A stretch of 64,000 nt of DNA from Candidatus Kerfeldbacteria bacterium (GCA_016182555.1 JACPGJ010000008.1:28272-92271), one strand, 5' to 3'. Counted from the first letter of the stretch, positions 28,099-38,389 are shown. The notes: generated from the sequence alone by a model not told the origin. A program made the numbers and translations.

Positions 28099-29106
28099 AT
28101 GTTTTTTCGGAAAATAGGCATCGATTTAGGCACAGCAAATACGCTCGTTTACGTTCCAAAACGAGGGATTGTTATTAATGAGCCATCGGTTGTTGCTATT
28201 TCAGTAAAAGACCGAAAAGTATTGGCTGTAGGCAATGAAGCTAAAGAAATGCTCGGGCGAACACCAGACACTATTGTGGCTCAAAAACCTTTGAAAGATG
28301 GAGTTATCGCTGATTATAAAACGACTGAAAGCATGTTGCGCTACTTTATCAATAAAGCGCTGGGCGGCGTACGTATTTTTGCCCCAGAAGTGATGATTGC
28401 GGTACCCGCAGGCATTACCTCAACCGAACGCCGCGCAGTAATTGATGCAACAATTCAAGCTGGTGCAAAGGCCGCCTACATTATTAAGCAACCAATTGCT
28501 TCAGCGATTGGCGCCGGTATTCCTATCGGTTCAGCTTCTGGGCACATGGTCATTGAAATTGGTGGGGGAACGTCAGAAATTGCGGTTATTTCTCTGGGCG
28601 GCATTGTCGCCAATACCTCTGTTCGTATTGGCGGAACGAAATTTGATGCGGCTATCCGTGAACTCATGCGTAAAAAACATAATCTAGCCATTGGAGAACG
28701 AACAGCAGAAGAATTAAAAATTCGCATCGGTTCTGCACTACCGCTCAAAGATCCGATGAGCATGGATGTTCGCGGTCGAGATGTGATTACTGGCTTGCCA
28801 CGTACAACAACGGTGACTTCTGATGATATTACAGAAGCGATTCAAACCGAATTACATGAATTAATTGAGGCGGTGAAATCGGTGCTCCAAGAAACACCTC
28901 CAGAACTGGCGGCAGATGTGATTGATAAAGGGATGGTGCTATCCGGTGGCAGCGGCATGTTGCGTAATTTAGACGAACTCCTGAGCCGTGCAACAGACGT
29001 GCCAGCCTATGTTGCCGATGATTCGTTATTGAACGTTGTCAAAGGAACAGGCATTGCGTTAGAAAATTTGGAATCCTACAAACGTTCAATAATGGAGAAT
29101 AAATGA
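28099..29106 (+). CDS. mreB: rod shape-determining protein MreB (paralog 1)
   Basis: IGIDLGTANTLVY ... actin-fold phosphate and adenosine motifs (VIEIGGGTSEIAV, GGSGMLRNLDELL). Confidence 0.85.
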   Translation: MFFRKIGIDLGTANTLVYVPKRGIVINEPSVVAISVKDRKVLAVGNEAKEMLGRTPDTIVAQKPLKDGVIADYKTTESMLRYFINKALGGVRIFAPEVMIAVPAGITSTERRAVIDATIQAGAKAAYIIKQPIASAIGAGIPIGSASGHMVIEIGGGTSEIAVISLGGIVANTSVRIGGTKFDAAIRELMRKKHNLAIGERTAEELKIRIGSALPLKDPMSMDVRGRDVITGLPRTTTVTSDDITEAIQTELHELIEAVKSVLQETPPELAADVIDKGMVLSGGSGMLRNLDELLSRATDVPAYVADDSLLNVVKGTGIALENLESYKRSIMENK

Positions 29107-29149
29107 TGGTGAATCACAAAACAGCAAATTGTTTTTTCATACAACATAT

Positions 29150-30262
29150 ATGATTATTGGGATTGATGCTTCACGCGCCAATAGCCTTACTCGCACCGGT
29201 ACAGAATGGTATTCCTACCACGTCATTCAAGAATTAAAAAAATTGATTCCCGCAGAACACGAAGTGGTGCTCTATTCAAAAGAGCCGCTTCGTGCAGATT
29301 TAGCTGATTTACCAGCGCATTGGCGATCACGCGTCTTACATTGGCCGCCAAAATTATTGTGGACGCAATTTCGACTCTCGCTTGAAATGTTGCTTCATCG
29401 CCCAGATGTGTTGTATATCCCGGCGCATACTATTCCCTTGATTCATCCCAAAAAAATTGCACTCGTCGTGCATGATGTCGGTTTTGAGCGTCAGACGGAG
29501 CTGTATTCAACCAAAGAAAAAGCATATCATCGTTTTGCCATGAAGCTTGCGGTGAAATATGCGACAAGCATTATCACGGTTTCAGCATTTTCAAAATCCG
29601 AAATTGTGGATGTATATCATATAGACCCAAAACGAATTACGGTTATTTTCAATGGTCTGAATAATTATGAATATGATTCGGCATCTATACCTTTTTCATC
29701 CCTTGAACAACGCTTACACATCCGCAAACCATACTTATTATTTATTGGTCGTGTTGAGCAGAAAAAAAACATTCCTTTTCTTATTGATATATTCGCTATT
29801 CTTAAAACGCAGTATCATTTCTCTGGGCAATTAATATTAGCCGGCTCACCAGGATTTGGTCATGATGACGTGATGAATCGCATTGCCGCACATCAGCTGA
29901 AGCAGGATGTTATTCAAACTGGTTGGATAGAAGAACATGAATTACGAACATTGATGCAGAATGCGACGCTTTTTGTATTTCCTTCTGCGTACGAAGGTTT
30001 TGGCATTCCCATTTTGGAAGCCATGCAAGCGGGTATTCCGGTGGTGTGCTCAGCGATACCAGCATTGCAAGAAGTTGGTGGAGAGGCCGCATGCTATATG
30101 GATATCCACTCATCCCACTCGGCAGCAGAAAAAATCAATGCACTCTTAGCAGCTCCAGACCAAATGATGACATTACGTCAAAAAGGCACAGAGCGAGTGA
30201 AGCAGTTTTCATGGTCTGCAACCGCGGCGCAAACATGGAAAACTATTTCCACGCTATTATGA
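29150..30262 (+). CDS. glycosyltransferase family 4
   Basis: ATG at 29150 is preferred over the TTG at 29129. C-terminal YEGFGIPILEAMQAGIPVVCSAIPALQEVGG. Confidence 0.75.
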   Translation: MIIGIDASRANSLTRTGTEWYSYHVIQELKKLIPAEHEVVLYSKEPLRADLADLPAHWRSRVLHWPPKLLWTQFRLSLEMLLHRPDVLYIPAHTIPLIHPKKIALVVHDVGFERQTELYSTKEKAYHRFAMKLAVKYATSIITVSAFSKSEIVDVYHIDPKRITVIFNGLNNYEYDSASIPFSSLEQRLHIRKPYLLFIGRVEQKKNIPFLIDIFAILKTQYHFSGQLILAGSPGFGHDDVMNRIAAHQLKQDVIQTGWIEEHELRTLMQNATLFVFPSAYEGFGIPILEAMQAGIPVVCSAIPALQEVGGEAACYMDIHSSHSAAEKINALLAAPDQMMTLRQKGTERVKQFSWSATAAQTWKTISTLL

Positions 30263-31152
30263 ATAGAGAACGATTACCATCCATGATTGCTGCATGGCCG
30301 AAGCAATGGAACGCTATACAAGAATTGGTCCGTTCTGGTACAATGCATCATGGATACGTTATCACAGGAAGTACAGATGCGCCCCTGCATCTTTTTCTCG
30401 AAGCGTGGTCCGCTTTCGTTCTTTGTACAAAAAGGATCACTTCAACAGAGGGCGACCAGCAATGTGGCCAGTGCCTTAGTTGCGTGCAATTCAATAAGCA
30501 TCTTCATCCAGACCTGCTCATCGTGCAGCCGGAACCAGGTACAGTATTCGGTGTGGATTCTGCACAGCGTGTTCGTGAGCACCTGCTTTTTTCGCCTATG
30601 CTGAGCACGAAGCGTATTGCCATTATTTACGATGCGCATGTATTGAGCACTACGGCAGTAAATGCACTGCTAAAAATAATAGAAGAACCGCCGGCATCGG
30701 CTATGATTCTGCTATCAACCACTCATCTGGAACAATTACCAGCTACTCTTCGGTCAAGGGTACATACGATGTATCTGCCACCGTCAAACGCAGTAGATGA
30801 AGAGGAAAAAACACTGGAATGCAAAGATTTTTTTCTTGCCAATATCGTACAACGGCAACAAATGGTTCAACAGCTTTTTTCTCAAGAATCTGATAGCAGT
30901 CTCGATTCTACTCAGCTTGCTCAAGTCATTCGACAGATGGAAACATTCATGCGCAACCTTCTCCTTGTTCAGTATGGTGTAGAAAGCGCGACAAATCAAA
31001 AATGGAATGCACAAGAATTACATCAGCTGGCACAACAATACCACGGAGAAGAAATTCAGCATTGGTTAGAACGGTTACATCAATGCCAAGAGATGCTCAG
31101 CCAAAAAGTAAATAAAAAAATGATTCTTGATTATTTGATCACTTCTCTCTAA
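30235..31152 (+). CDS. holB: DNA polymerase III delta-prime subunit-like clamp-loader protein
   Basis: ATG at 30235 inside ORF 30046..31152. It has the zinc module CGQCLSCVQFNKHLHPDL and an SRC-like motif TLRSRV, with a degenerate P-loop as is usual for delta-prime. Confidence 0.6.
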   Translation: MENYFHAIMNRERLPSMIAAWPKQWNAIQELVRSGTMHHGYVITGSTDAPLHLFLEAWSAFVLCTKRITSTEGDQQCGQCLSCVQFNKHLHPDLLIVQPEPGTVFGVDSAQRVREHLLFSPMLSTKRIAIIYDAHVLSTTAVNALLKIIEEPPASAMILLSTTHLEQLPATLRSRVHTMYLPPSNAVDEEEKTLECKDFFLANIVQRQQMVQQLFSQESDSSLDSTQLAQVIRQMETFMRNLLLVQYGVESATNQKWNAQELHQLAQQYHGEEIQHWLERLHQCQEMLSQKVNKKMILDYLITSL

Positions 31153-31156
31153 TCCT

Positions 31157-32266
31157 ATGAAACAGAAAAAACATCGTATCGCTTCATGGAGTGTTCTGCT
31201 CGTGAGTTTGCTATTTTTAGGCGCGTCGTGTGGTGGCACATCAGATGGCGGTTTTTTTGTCTCAACAGATTCAGGTACGAGCTGGGCGCGTAAAATTTTT
31301 ATCGCACAGCAAAATAAAAAAACACTCACTATTGCCAATGTCAGTGTTGGGAAAATTACTGTTGATCCGACAAACCCATCCGTAATATATATCGCTTCCA
31401 AAAATGCAGGCATATATAAAACGGAAACGGGTGGAGATCAATGGCGAGCATTACCACTCAAAGTCACCCAAGTACGTGACATAGCCGTGGATCCCAAAGC
31501 CCCAGCTACTGTCTATGCACTCGTCGACGCCAATATTCTACAAACCACTGATGGAGGAGATCATTGGCAAACAGTATATACTGATGCACAGCAAGCAATT
31601 ATCACCCATATCGCTATTGATTGGTTTAGCTCGAATCGAGTATTTGCGACCACCTCTATTGGTACGGTGTTATTTAGCGAAGATGCTGGGCAGCATTGGC
31701 GAGTGGTTTACGAAGTAGACGAGCCATTAGTCGGTATTCTTATTAGTACTGTTGATAGCCGAATTGTGTATGTGTTGGAATTAGATAAAGCGGTACACAA
31801 AACCATTGATGGCGGACAGACATGGGAAAATGTTTTTGATGGAGAAGGGTATAAAGCATTTGAAGAGAATAATGATAGAAATAATGTCGATGATATTCGA
31901 ACATTTGCGATGGATCCCAATGCACCACTCACACTGTACGTTTCTACCAATGCTGGTATTATTAAAACCACCGATGGGGGAGATAGTTGGAGTTTTATAG
32001 ATACTCTTTTGGCGCAAGATGCGGTACAAAATTTGCTGATTAAAAATATTACTGTGCAGCCGGGGAATTCTCAAAGCATTTTTTTCACGGTTGGTCGCTT
32101 GATTCATAAAACCACTGACGGTGGTCATACGTGGCAAACCATTGAAGATTTTATTTCCTCACGCCCGATTACCTCAATCGCTATCCCAACACAAAATACA
32201 ATCTATGCAGGAGTTGAACAAGCAGAAAAGAAAAAATGGAGTTTATTTCAAATTGGACCTAAATAA
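31157..32266 (+). CDS. BNR/Asp-box repeat lipoprotein
   Basis: Signal peptide plus lipobox LFLGASCGG. Six Asp-box motifs of S/TxDxGxxW type (STDSGTSW, TTDGGDHW, SEDAGQHW, TIDGGQTW, TTDGGDSW, TTDGGHTW). Confidence 0.65.
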   Translation: MKQKKHRIASWSVLLVSLLFLGASCGGTSDGGFFVSTDSGTSWARKIFIAQQNKKTLTIANVSVGKITVDPTNPSVIYIASKNAGIYKTETGGDQWRALPLKVTQVRDIAVDPKAPATVYALVDANILQTTDGGDHWQTVYTDAQQAIITHIAIDWFSSNRVFATTSIGTVLFSEDAGQHWRVVYEVDEPLVGILISTVDSRIVYVLELDKAVHKTIDGGQTWENVFDGEGYKAFEENNDRNNVDDIRTFAMDPNAPLTLYVSTNAGIIKTTDGGDSWSFIDTLLAQDAVQNLLIKNITVQPGNSQSIFFTVGRLIHKTTDGGHTWQTIEDFISSRPITSIAIPTQNTIYAGVEQAEKKKWSLFQIGPK

Positions 32267-32274
32267 TTATCTTT

Positions 32275-32811
32275 ATGGAAACAGATTTTTTTGAACAAAC
32301 AATCACTCACTTACATACGGAGCTCAATATGCTGCGTACAAACCGTGCAACCCCGGCGATGGTAGAAGATATTACCGTTCTCGCATATAACACCAAAATG
32401 TCCTTACAGGAACTCGCAAGCATTACTACCCCTGAAGCGCAAACATTAGCTATTCAACCATGGGATAAATCGTTAACGAAAGCTATTGAAAGTGCATTAC
32501 GAGAAAGTGATATGCAGTTGAATCCTGTGGTAGATGGAGAGATGATTCGTATTTTTTTCGCTCCACTCACGCAAGAACGGCGCAAAGAATTAGTGAAAGT
32601 TGTTCATGAAAAAGGGGAAGAGGCGCGTATTGCCATTCGCCGTACTCGAGAAGAATTAATTAAGAACTTAAAAGCGCAAGAAAAGACAGGAACGCTTTCT
32701 GAAGATGAATATTTCCGACAAGAAAAAGAAGTTCAAAAAATGGTGGATACCTTCAATGAAAAAGTGCAACGCCTGACCGCGGCAAAAGAGAAAGAAATCA
32801 TGACCATTTAA
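32275..32811 (+). CDS. frr: ribosome recycling factor
   Basis: 178 aa with typical RRF sequence (NMLRTNRATPAMVEDI ... IRRTREE). Confidence 0.9.
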   Translation: METDFFEQTITHLHTELNMLRTNRATPAMVEDITVLAYNTKMSLQELASITTPEAQTLAIQPWDKSLTKAIESALRESDMQLNPVVDGEMIRIFFAPLTQERRKELVKVVHEKGEEARIAIRRTREELIKNLKAQEKTGTLSEDEYFRQEKEVQKMVDTFNEKVQRLTAAKEKEIMTI

Positions 32812-32815
32812 TCCA

Positions 32816-33943
32816 ATGAGTACAATCATTATTTTCATTATTGTTCTCGGGTTCTTGGTCTGCATTCACGAATTTGGCCATTTCATTGCGGCCAAACGAG
32901 CGGGGATTCAAGTAGACGAATTTGGTTTCGGTTTTCCGCCGCGAATTATCGGGAAAAAATTTCGCGGAACGCTGTATTCTTTGAATTGGATTCCTTTGGG
33001 TGGCTTTGTGAAAATTAAAGGTGTTGCGGGTGATGACCCAAATGCGCATAAACAATTGCCGCACGGGCCAGATAGTTTTATTGGTCAAACATTTACGCGA
33101 AAATTCTTCATTCTCTTTGCTGGAATTGGTATGAACTTGCTGTTTGCTGTAGTTTTATTTTCCATTATTTTTAGCATCGGAATGCCCAGTGATCCCCACA
33201 CCGCCCCATCCGGTGGGAAAATATTGCAGCAGCAAGTAGTTATTTCTTCTATCCTATCAGATGGTCCTGCGGCACAAGCGCAACTGCAGACCGGTGATAT
33301 TGTATTGGATGTGAATGGAGAACCTATTGACGAATCAGACACCCTGCGTTCATTTTCTACTACACATCTGAACGAAGCGATAAATCTCCACATCCAACGT
33401 GAAAAGAAAGATATAACGGTCTCAATCACTCCAACAGCATTATCGTATCAAGACCAAGAATTTGTTGGTATCGGTGTTGGCTTGCAAGATTTCGCTGTCA
33501 TCCGTTATCCGTGGTATCGTTCTGTTGGATTAGGTGTCACTACAACAACTTCAACCACTGCACAAATTTTCCTTTCTCTTTATGAATTAGTCAAAAATAT
33601 TTTTACGACGGGAACAGTCAGTGAAGATATCTCCGGTCCGATTGGTATTGCCGTATTGACCCGCCAAGTCGCAGAACTAGGCTTCATCTATCTTCTGCAG
33701 TTTATGGCATTGCTATCAATTAATTTGGGGATATTTAATTTACTGCCTATCCCAGCGTTAGATGGTGGCCGGATTGCTTTTGTTATCCTGGAAAAAATTC
33801 GTCGTAAGCCTGTAGATCAACGCATTGAAGGGATCGTGCATACTATTGGTTTCCTTCTGTTGTTGGTATTAATTTTATTGGTCACGCTCAAAGATATTTC
33901 ACAATATCACATTTTTGGTTTCTTCAAAAGTCGCTTTTTTTAG
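32816..33943 (+). CDS. rseP: site-2 protease RseP (M50 family, with PDZ domain)
   Basis: HEFGHFIAAK zinc motif in TM1, a PDZ-like central region, and a C-terminal LDGG motif (NLLPIPALDGGRI). Confidence 0.85.
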   Translation: MSTIIIFIIVLGFLVCIHEFGHFIAAKRAGIQVDEFGFGFPPRIIGKKFRGTLYSLNWIPLGGFVKIKGVAGDDPNAHKQLPHGPDSFIGQTFTRKFFILFAGIGMNLLFAVVLFSIIFSIGMPSDPHTAPSGGKILQQQVVISSILSDGPAAQAQLQTGDIVLDVNGEPIDESDTLRSFSTTHLNEAINLHIQREKKDITVSITPTALSYQDQEFVGIGVGLQDFAVIRYPWYRSVGLGVTTTTSTTAQIFLSLYELVKNIFTTGTVSEDISGPIGIAVLTRQVAELGFIYLLQFMALLSINLGIFNLLPIPALDGGRIAFVILEKIRRKPVDQRIEGIVHTIGFLLLLVLILLVTLKDISQYHIFGFFKSRFF

Positions 33944-34027
33944 GTGCTTTTTTTAGGTGAATACAATAATTGTTCATTGTTTGACAGGTGATTGCTATAT
34001 CGATATACTATATCAGCTATATTTTTT

Positions 34028-35074
34028 ATGTTGAAACGTTTTTTTGGATCACTTTCAAAGGATTTAGGAATCGATATCGGCACATCGAATACTCTTGTAT
34101 ATGCAAAAGATAAAGGGATCGTCATTCAAGAACCATCGGTAGTAGCCATTAACACTCGTAATGATCAAATCATCGCTGTTGGCCATGCCGCAAAAGAGAT
34201 GATTGGGAAAACCCCAGCGCATATTGTTGCATCTCGTCCGTTATTGGATGGTGTCGTTTCTGATTTTGAAGTAGCAGAGAAAATGTTGAAATATTTTATT
34301 GATAAAGTGCATCGTGAAACTTTTTCTGTTATGCCTCGGCCTCGGGTCGTTATTACCATGCCATTAGATATTACGGAAGTGGAGCGCAAAGCCGTTGAAG
34401 ATGCGGTAAAAAATGCTGGTGCACGTGAAGTATTTTTGATTGAACAACCGATGGCTGCAGCGATCGGTTCACGCGTACCGATTCAAGATGCTACGGGGCA
34501 TATGATTGTGGATATTGGTGCAGGGACAACCGGCATTGCAGTTATCTCTCTTGGTGGTATTGTGGCATGGAAATCATTACGCTTAGGTGGCGATGAATTG
34601 AATAAAAATATTATTAATTACATTCGTGATCATTGTAATGTATTGCTTGGCGATAAAACGGCTGAACAAGCAAAAATCAGTATCGGTTCTGCGTATAGCG
34701 ATGATGAAGTGCTGGAAGCCAAGGTGCGTGGACGAGATTTACTATCTGGATTGCCTCGTGAAATTGTAATCAATAGTAATCATATTCGAGAAGCAATGGG
34801 CAGGTCATTGAACACCATTGTGGATAACATTAAAACAGTTATTGAATCCACACCTCCGGAGTTAGTGGCCGATATCTATGAACGCGGTATTTTACTTTCT
34901 GGTGGAACAGCATTGCTGCGTGGGCTCGATAAAAAAATTGCTCATGAAGTACGTATTCCTGTACAAGTGGTCGAAGATCCTTTAACGGCGGTTGTCCGTG
35001 GCACTGGTATTGTGCTCGAAGATATTGATGCTTCGAAAGATCTATTTGTGACCACGCAACCTGATCTTATTTAA
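34028..35074 (+). CDS. mreB: rod shape-determining protein MreB (paralog 2), first gene of the mreBCD-mrdA cluster
   Basis: ATG at 34028 in ORF 33992..35074. LGIDIGTSNTLVY ... MIVDIGAGTTGIAV ... LSGGTALLRGLD. Confidence 0.85.
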   Translation: MLKRFFGSLSKDLGIDIGTSNTLVYAKDKGIVIQEPSVVAINTRNDQIIAVGHAAKEMIGKTPAHIVASRPLLDGVVSDFEVAEKMLKYFIDKVHRETFSVMPRPRVVITMPLDITEVERKAVEDAVKNAGAREVFLIEQPMAAAIGSRVPIQDATGHMIVDIGAGTTGIAVISLGGIVAWKSLRLGGDELNKNIINYIRDHCNVLLGDKTAEQAKISIGSAYSDDEVLEAKVRGRDLLSGLPREIVINSNHIREAMGRSLNTIVDNIKTVIESTPPELVADIYERGILLSGGTALLRGLDKKIAHEVRIPVQVVEDPLTAVVRGTGIVLEDIDASKDLFVTTQPDLI

Positions 35075-35087
35075 CTAGAACAAATCC

Positions 35088-35906
35088 ATGACCTCTGTCT
35101 GGAAGAATAGACGAGCGACTGCTCCATGGGTAATCCCGGCGCTGATTAGTGTTGTGCTCATATTGCATTATTCGCATATCACACGGCCGCTGGATAATAT
35201 TATTACCTGGATCATACAGCCATTAGAAACGCGCACCTATCTTCTTTCCCAACGTTTTTTTGGCAACCAAGATCGTACGGAACAAAACCTCTCTTACAAT
35301 CAATTGCTCGCTCAACATACGGAAGATCAAGATACTATTCAAAACTTAATTATTGAAAATGCGCATTTACAGACATTAGTAGATGAAGTTCATTTATTAG
35401 AAGAGCAAAATACATTTTTACAAGAACGATCGTTTCAAGTAGTCACTGCACGAGTGACCAGTCGCTCAACCGATCAATTATCCCAAACAATGGTTATTAA
35501 TCGTGGTTCCAAACAGGGGATACAAACCGGATTACCGGTAATTGTGCAGAACGGTTTATTAGTGGGCATGATTCGTGAAGTGCAAGATTATTCAGCAGAA
35601 GTGTTATTATTGACCAGTTTTGATGCTCGTGTTAGCGGATTAGTCCAAAATGACAGTCAGAGTCCTGGTATTGTGACAGGAGCGCATAATCTCACTTTGG
35701 AAATGGATTTTATTCCACAATTTGATTCAGTAACCAGTGGGCAGTCCGTATTTACCAGTGGTACAGATCCCTTTATCCCTGGTGGTTTAGTCATTGGTCA
35801 AATTGCTGAAGTGAAGAGCGATGCTGGTTCTCTGTTTCAACATGCCTCTCTAGAATCCTTGTTTCAACCCGCTGAAATATCTATTGTTTCTATTATTTTA
35901 CCGTAA
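35088..35906 (+). CDS. mreC: rod shape-determining protein MreC
   Basis: N-terminal TM, a coiled-coil segment, a C-terminal beta-rich domain (GLPVIVQNGLLVGMIREV ... GIVTGA), and position after mreB. Confidence 0.7.
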   Translation: MTSVWKNRRATAPWVIPALISVVLILHYSHITRPLDNIITWIIQPLETRTYLLSQRFFGNQDRTEQNLSYNQLLAQHTEDQDTIQNLIIENAHLQTLVDEVHLLEEQNTFLQERSFQVVTARVTSRSTDQLSQTMVINRGSKQGIQTGLPVIVQNGLLVGMIREVQDYSAEVLLLTSFDARVSGLVQNDSQSPGIVTGAHNLTLEMDFIPQFDSVTSGQSVFTSGTDPFIPGGLVIGQIAEVKSDAGSLFQHASLESLFQPAEISIVSIILP

Positions 35907-35913
35907 GCGCATT

Positions 35914-36444
35914 ATGATGAAGCGTATGCTGACCATGAGTATTTGGATACTGACACTCCTCATCACGGCAGTGCTTTCTATTGCATTCTTTGGTTCATCA
36001 AATTTTTTCGCGCGCGCGATCAATATTCCATTAGTCCTTGGTTTTTCTTTCATTATTTTCCGATATCCCTATCGTGGATATGTTGTGCTTGCTGTTTTAT
36101 TCTATATTGTAGATCTGCATTCCGCGTTGCCATTTGGCATGATGTTGAGCGCCGGGTTATTGGCTGGATGGGGGATTGTATTCGTGCAACAAAACATTTT
36201 AAAAAATTTCGCATTGTACTCTGTAGTGCTGTATACGCTTATCGGAACAGCACTGTATTATCTTCTGCTCATGGTTATGATTCTGTGCGCACAACAACTA
36301 CACATATTGCAATCTGGCACAGTGGATTGGCATACATTTATCGTCACTGCCGCTACACAAATGGTGGTGCACAGCGTACTATTGGTGACCGTGTTCCTTT
36401 TTGTAAAATTTTTCCATCATCGGTTACTGCATCATTCTTCTTAA
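35914..36444 (+). CDS. mreD: rod shape-determining protein MreD-like membrane protein
   Basis: ATG at 35914 after the mreC stop. About 177 aa with 5-6 TM helices and synteny between mreC and mrdA. Confidence 0.5.
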   Translation: MMKRMLTMSIWILTLLITAVLSIAFFGSSNFFARAINIPLVLGFSFIIFRYPYRGYVVLAVLFYIVDLHSALPFGMMLSAGLLAGWGIVFVQQNILKNFALYSVVLYTLIGTALYYLLLMVMILCAQQLHILQSGTVDWHTFIVTAATQMVVHSVLLVTVFLFVKFFHHRLLHHSS

Positions 36445-36454
36445 AGAAAATGAT

Positions 36455-38332
36455 ATGAGCATGAAATCAAACGATCCATTCTTTATTGATACAGGCGATC
36501 AGCAACAAATGACGTTCAATCGGCCAGCAACACAATTTCGTATTCGTTTTCTCTTATGGATCATTGCCTTGTGCATCAGCATTATTATTGCCCGTGTATT
36601 TTTCCTACAAATTGTCTTTGGAAGCGATTATCGCCGTACCGCTGAAGGAAATCGGATTCAAACACACGTCGTAAAAGCACTCCGCGGAGTTATCTATGAT
36701 GCGAAAGGAGAATTATTGGTAAAGAATATTCCAAATTTTAGTTTAACCATCAATGCACAGCAGGCGCTCAATATTAAAAAAGAAGCACGTGAACAACTAG
36801 CGAACACCCTCGCTCATATTGCGCAATTATCACCAGCCGATATTGTAAATGCATTTGATCAAGCCAAGCGAAGTGGACAAAACGTAGTGCTCAAAGACCA
36901 CATTCCGTACACAGATGCGCTCCAAGATATGATTGCTATTCAACAACTGCCCGCTATTTCCGTTGAACCCTTTTACAGTCGGCAATATTTAGGCGGAGAA
37001 CCATACGCGCATTTGTTGGGATATACAGCAAAAATTTCTGAAACTGAATATGCCAATTTGAAAGATAACGGATATTTATTAACGGACGAAATTGGAAAAA
37101 GTGGAGTAGAAAAATCGTATGAACAAGCATTGCGCGGGAAAGATGGTGAGCAAGATATTGAAGTGGATTTTCGTGGAGCACAGCAATCCGTCGTCGCTGA
37201 TGTGGCGCCACAATCTGGTGATGCGGTTTACTTAAGCATTGAGCCAACACTACAGCGGTTGCTCTATGAGAAAATTAAAACCGCTGTTGATGAACAGCAT
37301 TTGCCTGGTGGTTCTGCGGTTGCCATTGATCCTCGAGATGGTCGAGTCCTCGCACTAGTCTCTTATCCTTCTTACGATAACAATACTTTTGCTCAAGGTA
37401 TTTCGCAAGACGCATACGACGCATTACAGAATGATGAACGCCACCCATTGTTTCACCGAAGCATTGCCGGCCAATATCCTTCGGGTTCTACATTTAAACC
37501 GATAGTCGCCGCGGCAGGCCTAGAAGAAGGAGTGGTAACGCCACAAACTACAATAGTCAGTACTGGAGGTTTACAAATAGATATTTATCGCTTTCCTGAT
37601 TGGAAACCGGGTGGACACGGAGTAACCGATTTGAATAAAGCCATGGCTGAATCCGTCAATACCTATTTTTACCTGCTCGGTGGCGGCGATAATAAAACCA
37701 GCACAGGTCTGGGTGTGGAACGTATTACCGCCTATGCACGGCGTTTTGGTTTAGGTGAGCAGGTCGGCATTGATGTTCCAGGTGAAGCCAGCGGATTCTT
37801 GCCAACGAAACAATGGAAAGAAGAATTTAAAAACGAGCAATGGTACATTGGGGATACCTATCATTATGCTATTGGCCAAGGAGATTTATTAGTCACTCCA
37901 CTACAAGTCGCTACGTATACGGCAATCATCGCGAATGGAGGCACGTTTTACCAACCACACGTGGTAGAAAAATTAGTTTCTGAAGCTGATGGAAGTACGC
38001 GAATCATTGATCCCATTATCAGCGACCCACAAGTCGTGAGTAAACCAACTATTGAAGCTGTACGACTTGCCATGCGTGAAGATGTTCTTTCTCCAACAGG
38101 GAGTGGTCGGACACTGCAATCCTTACCCGTATCAAGTGCAGGAAAAACAGGTACTGCACAAACCTACGGCGATGAACCGACCCATTCTTGGTTTACCGTT
38201 TTTGCTCCTTATGAAACCCCAGAGATAGCGTTAACGGTTTTAGTTGAAAAAGCAGGCCATGGATATGGTGCAGCCGTACCAATTGCTCGTGAAGTGTTGC
38301 AAGAATACTTCGTAAATCGTATACCGCAGTGA
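36455..38332 (+). CDS. mrdA: penicillin-binding protein 2 (class B transpeptidase)
   Basis: N-terminal TM, a dimerisation domain, and transpeptidase motifs STFKP, SVN and KTGTA. Confidence 0.85.
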   Translation: MSMKSNDPFFIDTGDQQQMTFNRPATQFRIRFLLWIIALCISIIIARVFFLQIVFGSDYRRTAEGNRIQTHVVKALRGVIYDAKGELLVKNIPNFSLTINAQQALNIKKEAREQLANTLAHIAQLSPADIVNAFDQAKRSGQNVVLKDHIPYTDALQDMIAIQQLPAISVEPFYSRQYLGGEPYAHLLGYTAKISETEYANLKDNGYLLTDEIGKSGVEKSYEQALRGKDGEQDIEVDFRGAQQSVVADVAPQSGDAVYLSIEPTLQRLLYEKIKTAVDEQHLPGGSAVAIDPRDGRVLALVSYPSYDNNTFAQGISQDAYDALQNDERHPLFHRSIAGQYPSGSTFKPIVAAAGLEEGVVTPQTTIVSTGGLQIDIYRFPDWKPGGHGVTDLNKAMAESVNTYFYLLGGGDNKTSTGLGVERITAYARRFGLGEQVGIDVPGEASGFLPTKQWKEEFKNEQWYIGDTYHYAIGQGDLLVTPLQVATYTAIIANGGTFYQPHVVEKLVSEADGSTRIIDPIISDPQVVSKPTIEAVRLAMREDVLSPTGSGRTLQSLPVSSAGKTGTAQTYGDEPTHSWFTVFAPYETPEIALTVLVEKAGHGYGAAVPIAREVLQEYFVNRIPQ

Positions 38333-38389
38333 GAAGGGCCCCTGGTGTTTGACTTATTTTATCACTAAGATTAGCAGTGTTTCTATGGG

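Noticed and set aside
29129-29149. TTG start of the GT4 ORF and GTG start of the ftsQ-like ORF (47890) reported by the ORF track.
   Set aside because: In-frame ATG codons a few codons downstream (29150, 47944) give equally complete proteins. The starts remain uncertain.
30046-30234. 63-aa N-terminal extension of the holB-like ORF.
   Set aside because: It overlaps the conserved C-terminus of the GT4 gene for 190 nt. The ATG at 30235 gives a normal delta-prime-like N-terminus.
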